Below, piece after piece: positions 15,976 through 20,430 of a stretch of 20,430 nt of DNA. The notes under the pieces were generated by a model. The model had not been told where the DNA came from. It saw only the letters and a list, made by a program, of their open reading frames with translations, and did not search any database. Origin of the DNA: Gemmatimonadaceae bacterium. Lineage in GTDB: Bacteria; Gemmatimonadota; Gemmatimonadetes; Gemmatimonadales; Gemmatimonadaceae. The stretch covers positions 1 through 20,430 of the forward strand of contig JBBDYA010000091.1 of the NCBI GenBank assembly GCA_040902005.1. The letters run 5' to 3'. Within the stretch, counting starts at the first letter, position 1, and each line of letters starts with the position of its first letter. A program made the position numbers and the translations under genes.

Positions 15976-17688
15976 ATGCGTCCGTCATACTTCGCGCTCG
16001 CCCTGCTCGCAGCTTGTACGTCCAGTGTTCCACAGGCAACCCAGCAACCCGAGCCCGTCGTCCCGTCCCCCCGCCAGATTACCGGCCCACTGCCGCTCAA
16101 GTACGCGGCCCGCCCCACGACCGCGGCGATCTCGCCAGCGGACCTGATGAGCCGCGTGTACATCTTCGCCGACGATTCCATGATGGGACGCTCGGCCGGC
16201 ACCATCTACCACGACAAGGGCGTGGAGTACATCGCGAGCGAAGTGCGCCGCCTGGGCCTCGTGCCTGCCGGGGAAAACGGTACCTGGTTCCAGCACATTC
16301 CGCTGGTGTTCCGCACGCTGGCTGCCGACGCCCGGCTGACGGTGGACGGCCGGTCGTTCGTGGCGGGGCAGGACTTCATCGCGCGCGACGCGCGCGATTT
16401 TGGCGCGGCGGCGCGGGAGCTGCGCAACACGGCGGTCGTGTACGGCGGCATGTTCGGTGACACCGCGGCGATGATCAGTCCCGCGCAGGGCGCGGGCAAG
16501 GTGCTGGTGTTCGCGGTGCCGCGCGGGTGGCAGGCGAACCGCGGCGGGCTCACGCAGCGCTACATCACCGCGGCGGGGATCGTCGTGGGCACGATGGACT
16601 CGATGCCGGCGGCCGTCCGGCAGGAGCTCACGCAGCCGGTCGCTCCGACCATGAGCGGGACGCCGCCGCGGTTCGAGGTGCCGGCGTTCTTCTACGCCAC
16701 GCACGCGATGGCCGCCGCGATGCTGGCCGCCCCGCTGGGCACGCAACAGGTGGGCGCGGCGGGCAGGACCCTGTCCGGCTCGATGAACTACACCGAGGCG
16801 CGCGCCCCGGGATCGCGCAACGTGATCGCGATGATCCCCGGCAGCGATCCAGCCCTGCGCGGACAGTACATCGCCGTCGGCGCGCACAGCGATCACGTCG
16901 GGTTCGGCGCGCCGGTGGACCATGACTCCCTGTACGCGTTCTATCACGTGGTGCGGCCGAAGGGCGCCGACGACGGCAACAAGCCGGCGACGGCCAGCGA
17001 CTGGCCGCTGGTGCGCGCGAAGCTCGATAGTCTCCGCGCGCTGCGCGCGGCGCGCCCCGATTCGATCTTCAACGGCGCGGACGACGACGGCTCCGGCTCC
17101 ATGGCCATGCTGGAGGTGGCGGAGGCGTTCGCGCTGTCGCCGCAGAAACCGCGTCGCACGCTGCTGTTCGTGTGGCACGTGGCGGAGGAGGGCGGGTTGC
17201 TGGGCGCGCGGCACTTCACGGATCATCCCACGGTGCCGCGCGACTCGATCGTCGCGCAGATCAATGCGGACATGATCGGCCGTGGCGGCGCGATGGACAC
17301 CCCCGGCGGCGGCCCGGGCTACGTCCAGCTCATCGGGGCGCGCCGGCTGTCCACGCAGCTGGGCGACATCGTGGAGGCGGAGGGCCGCCGGTTCAACCCG
17401 CCGTTCCAGTTTGATTTCCAGTACGACGCCGATGCCCACCCGCAGCAGTTCTACTGCCGCAGCGACCACTACATGTACGCGCGCTACGGCATTCCAGTGG
17501 TGTTCCTGTCCACGGGCGGCCACCCCGAGTACCACCAGGTCACGGACGAGGCGCAGTATCTCGACTACAACAAGCTCGCGCGCGTCTCCCAGCTGATCTT
17601 CAACACCGCGCGCGCGGTGGCCAACCTGGACCAGCGGGTGCTGGTGGACAAGCCAAAACCGGATCCGAACGCGCAGTGCCGCCAGTAG
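15976..17688 (+). CDS. M28 family metallopeptidase lipoprotein with PA-like insert
   Basis: Lipobox LAAC and motifs GAHSDH, NGADDDGSG, AEEGGLLGA, NADMIGR, SDHY and YHQVTD. Confidence 0.92.
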   Translation: MRPSYFALALLAACTSSVPQATQQPEPVVPSPRQITGPLPLKYAARPTTAAISPADLMSRVYIFADDSMMGRSAGTIYHDKGVEYIASEVRRLGLVPAGENGTWFQHIPLVFRTLAADARLTVDGRSFVAGQDFIARDARDFGAAARELRNTAVVYGGMFGDTAAMISPAQGAGKVLVFAVPRGWQANRGGLTQRYITAAGIVVGTMDSMPAAVRQELTQPVAPTMSGTPPRFEVPAFFYATHAMAAAMLAAPLGTQQVGAAGRTLSGSMNYTEARAPGSRNVIAMIPGSDPALRGQYIAVGAHSDHVGFGAPVDHDSLYAFYHVVRPKGADDGNKPATASDWPLVRAKLDSLRALRAARPDSIFNGADDDGSGSMAMLEVAEAFALSPQKPRRTLLFVWHVAEEGGLLGARHFTDHPTVPRDSIVAQINADMIGRGGAMDTPGGGPGYVQLIGARRLSTQLGDIVEAEGRRFNPPFQFDFQYDADAHPQQFYCRSDHYMYARYGIPVVFLSTGGHPEYHQVTDEAQYLDYNKLARVSQLIFNTARAVANLDQRVLVDKPKPDPNAQCRQ

Positions 17689-18222
17689 TCACCAGCCGCT
17701 CCGCTCCCGCAGCCGGGTGATGTGGGCCGCGTGATGCTTGCCGTGCCACGCGTACAGTGCGAGCATCGCGTCCAGCGAGAGGGGCGCATCCCATTCGGGA
17801 TGGGCGAGCTTGCGCGCGAAATCGGCGGCCTTCATGCGCGTGAGCATGAACACCCAGCGTGTATGCAGTGAGTCCAGCAGCGTGAGGGAGTGCTCCACCA
17901 GCTTGCTCTGCGCGTCGGGCAGTTCGGCCCACTTTGCCTCGTCGTACGGCTTGATCGTGGGCGTGTCCTCCGTGAGGGCGAGCTTGAACCGGCAGTAGGC
18001 GTTCATGTGGCTGTCCGGCATGTGGTGCGCCACCTGCCGCACGGTCCATCCGCCGGGACGGTACGGCGTGTCCAGTTGCGCGTCGGTGAGTCCCTGCACC
18101 GCGGCGCGCATCCAGGCGGGTGTCTGCCCGATCGCTTCGATCATCTGCTTCCGATCGGCCTGCACCAGCGGCTTGGCCGGCCGCGTGAACTTGCCGATAG
18201 GGTACTTCAAGTCGTGTGGCAT
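17689..18222 (-). CDS. bstA: YfiT/BstA family (DinB superfamily) thiol transferase / metal-dependent hydrolase (177 aa)
   Basis: Motifs DLKYPIGKF, LDTPYRPGGWTVRQVAHH..DSHMN, RFKLALTED.PTIKPYDE..WA and YAWHGKHH.AHI. Confidence 0.9.
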   Translation of the reverse strand: MPHDLKYPIGKFTRPAKPLVQADRKQMIEAIGQTPAWMRAAVQGLTDAQLDTPYRPGGWTVRQVAHHMPDSHMNAYCRFKLALTEDTPTIKPYDEAKWAELPDAQSKLVEHSLTLLDSLHTRWVFMLTRMKAADFARKLAHPEWDAPLSLDAMLALYAWHGKHHAAHITRLRERSGW

Positions 18223-18349
18223 GGGAGTCTCGATGCGCTCGCGCGTCCGTTGCGGGTCTTCGCTCAAAAGATAGTTCGCGAGGCCCGCGCAACCGGAAAG
18301 TCGATATCTTTCCCGCGTGGTTCCCGCGGCTCATCGAGGCATCCGGGTC

Positions 18350-19750
18350 ATGCGACAGTCACGCAGCACACACAGGGGACGAAGGCGATGCGCGCTCCTT
18401 GGCATCGCCCTGCTCGCGCTCGCCGGCGGGGCGGGCGACGTCGCAGCCCAGGCGCGCCGGCTCGTGTACGTCATCCCCATCGAGGGGATGATCGACATGG
18501 GACTTGTCCCCTTCGTGGAGCGCACGCTCGCTGACGCGGCGCTCGACAGCGCCGCGGCGGTCATCCTCGAGATCAACACGTTCGGCGGACGGGTGGACGC
18601 GGCGGTGGCGATCCGCGACGCGCTGTTGTCGTCCCGGGTCACCACGGTGGCCTTCGTCAACCGCCGCGCGATTTCGGCTGGCGCGCTCATCAGTCTCGCC
18701 GCGGAACGGATCGTCATGGCCAATGGCGGAACGATCGGCGCGGCCACGCCGGTGCAGCTGGGCGCGCCCGGTGCGGCGCCGTCGCCAGTGGACGAGAAAT
18801 CCGTGTCCTACGTGCGCAAGGAGTTCCGCGCCACGGCCGACAGCCGCAAACGACCGCCCGCCGTCGCGGAAGCCATGGTGGACGCGGACGTCGCGATCCC
18901 GGGGCTGATCGAGAAGGGAAAGCTGCTCACGCTCACCACGGACGAGGCCATCGAGCACAAGCTCGCGGACTTCCGCGCCGACGATATCGAGGGCGTGCTC
19001 GCCGGGCTGGGGCTGGCCGGCGCCGACGTGCGCAGCCTGGCGCCCAACTGGGGGGAGACGATCGTCCGGCTCATCACCAGTCCGCTCATCGCCTCACTGC
19101 TCCTGTCCGTTGCCATGCTCGGCATCTTGATGGAGATCCGCACGCCCGGGTTCGGCGTGCCCGGCGCGCTGGGTGTCGCGAGCCTCGTCCTGCTGCTGGG
19201 CGGGCACTGGATCGTGCAGCTCGTGGGATGGGAGGAAATCCTGCTGGTCGGAATCGGCCTGGTGCTGATCGCGGTGGAGGTGCTCGTGATCCCCGGATTT
19301 GGCGTTGCGGGGGTCGTCGGTTTCATTGGGGTGCTCGCGGGACTCACCATGGGAATGGTCGGGCACGGTCCGTCGGCCGCGTCGATTGCCGCGGCGCTCG
19401 GCCGCGTGGCGTTCTCGATGGTGGTGGCGCTGGCGGCGAGCCTCGTGCTGATGCGCTACCTGCCACGACTGCCCGTGGGGCGCCAGCTGCTGCTCGACAC
19501 CGCGCTGGCGTCGGGTGGAGGATATGCGTCGGCCCCCGTGGCGGACCATGGATGGCTCGGCCGCACGGGACGCGCGACAACGCCGCTACGTCCGGCGGGC
19601 ATCATGGAGATCGACGGCACTCGCGTGGACGTGGTATCGGATGGTGAAATGATCGAGACTGGCGCGACGATCGTCGTCAGCCGGGTGGACGGAAACCGGG
19701 TCGTGGTGCGGCGTCACCACGCAGTGATGGACGGGAGCAAGGAATCATGA
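18350..19750 (+). CDS. nfeD: NfeD family membrane-bound serine protease (ClpP class, YqeZ-like long form)
   Basis: Signal peptide, INTFGG, AISAGA (Ser), [15 protein letters not shown], a TM region and C-terminal OB-fold (TPLRPAG...DVVSDG). Start at 18350 is inferred from an upstream GAGG. Confidence 0.92.
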   Translation: MRQSRSTHRGRRRCALLGIALLALAGGAGDVAAQARRLVYVIPIEGMIDMGLVPFVERTLADAALDSAAAVILEINTFGGRVDAAVAIRDALLSSRVTTVAFVNRRAISAGALISLAAERIVMANGGTIGAATPVQLGAPGAAPSPVDEKSVSYVRKEFRATADSRKRPPAVAEAMVDADVAIPGLIEKGKLLTLTTDEAIEHKLADFRADDIEGVLAGLGLAGADVRSLAPNWGETIVRLITSPLIASLLLSVAMLGILMEIRTPGFGVPGALGVASLVLLLGGHWIVQLVGWEEILLVGIGLVLIAVEVLVIPGFGVAGVVGFIGVLAGLTMGMVGHGPSAASIAAALGRVAFSMVVALAASLVLMRYLPRLPVGRQLLLDTALASGGGYASAPVADHGWLGRTGRATTPLRPAGIMEIDGTRVDVVSDGEMIETGATIVVSRVDGNRVVVRRHHAVMDGSKES

Positions 19751-20430
19751 CCGAACTGATTGGCAGCGGCATTGGATTGTTGATCGTCCTGATCTTCGTC
19801 TTCGGCGTCGTGCTGTACCTGGTGCCGCTGAATCTCTGGATCGCGGCGTGGGCGTCCGGCGCGTACGTCGGGCTGCCGACGCTCGTGGGCATGCGGCTGC
19901 GGCGCGTGCCGCCGGGCACCGTGATCACGGCGCGCATCAGCGCGGTGAAGGCAGGGTTGGACATCCCGCTCAACGATCTCGAGGCGCATTTCCTCGCCGG
20001 CGGCAACGTGGTACGGGTGGTGAACGCGCTCATCTCCGCCGACAAGGCGAACATCCCGCTGCCGTTCAAGCGCGCCGCGGCCATCGACCTTGCCGGCCGC
20101 GACGTGCTCGAGGCGGTGAAGATGTCCGTCATCCCCAAGGTCATCGAGACGCCCCGCATCGCGGCGATCGCCAAGAACGGTATTCAGCTCATCGCGGTGT
20201 CGCGCGTGACCGTGCGCACCAACATCGACCGGCTCGTTGGCGGCGCGGGTGAGGAAACCGTCATCGCGCGCGTGGGCGAGGGCATGGTCAGCACCATCGG
20301 CTCGGCGGAATCGCACAAGGACGTGCTCGAGAACCCCGACCACATCTCCAAGCACATTCTCAGCAAGGGACTCGACGCCGGCACCGCGTACGAGATCCTC
20401 TCGATCGACATCGCGGACGTGGACGTTGGC
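19747..20430 (+). CDS. floA: Flotillin-like protein FloA (YqfA/UPF0365), truncated by the window end
   Basis: Manual translation from the ATGA overlap gives MTELIGSG...[11 protein letters not shown]...[11 protein letters not shown]...[15 protein letters not shown]...[15 protein letters not shown]...[22 protein letters not shown]. It is absent from the ORF track, presumably because no stop codon lies in the window. Confidence 0.95.
   Translation, partial: MTELIGSGIGLLIVLIFVFGVVLYLVPLNLWIAAWASGAYVGLPTLVGMRLRRVPPGTVITARISAVKAGLDIPLNDLEAHFLAGGNVVRVVNALISADKANIPLPFKRAAAIDLAGRDVLEAVKMSVIPKVIETPRIAAIAKNGIQLIAVSRVTVRTNIDRLVGGAGEETVIARVGEGMVSTIGSAESHKDVLENPDHISKHILSKGLDAGTAYEILSIDIADVDVG

Noticed and set aside
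5755..19750. Other UGA stops (deoC, ALDH, 77-aa protein, DUF4097, ada, nfeD) as Sec codons
   Set aside because: The recognisable proteins appear complete at their stops with no family-like continuation, and no read-through extension was evident for the 77-aa protein.

Overview
High-GC bacterial chromosomal window with gene content reminiscent of Gemmatimonadota (inference; no marker gene is present). It contains about 20 protein-coding genes and no visible RNA genes, CRISPR arrays or mobile elements. In order: alpha/beta-hydrolase lipoprotein; DUF5916/CBM9-type outer-membrane protein broken by a G10 homopolymer frameshift; 4-TM protein; a minus-strand pair (63-aa membrane peptide plus rhodanese); DERA-type deoC and ALDH16-like dehydrogenase; DUF72; a 77-aa protein; DUF4097; ada; pntA1-pntA2-pntB; MFS transporter; M28 peptidase; YfiT/BstA; nfeD-floA (truncated). 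Two findings stand out. (1) The rhodanese that the ORF caller stops at 72 aa continues through an in-frame UGA at a Cys position (YCWDDH-UGA-PTS) into a complete rhodanese C-terminus, with a bacterial SECIS-like hairpin just downstream, so it is a probable hidden selenoprotein. (2) The transhydrogenase lacks the proton-channel histidine at both known alternative positions (beta-H91L; Ser at the Thermus alpha2-His42 site).
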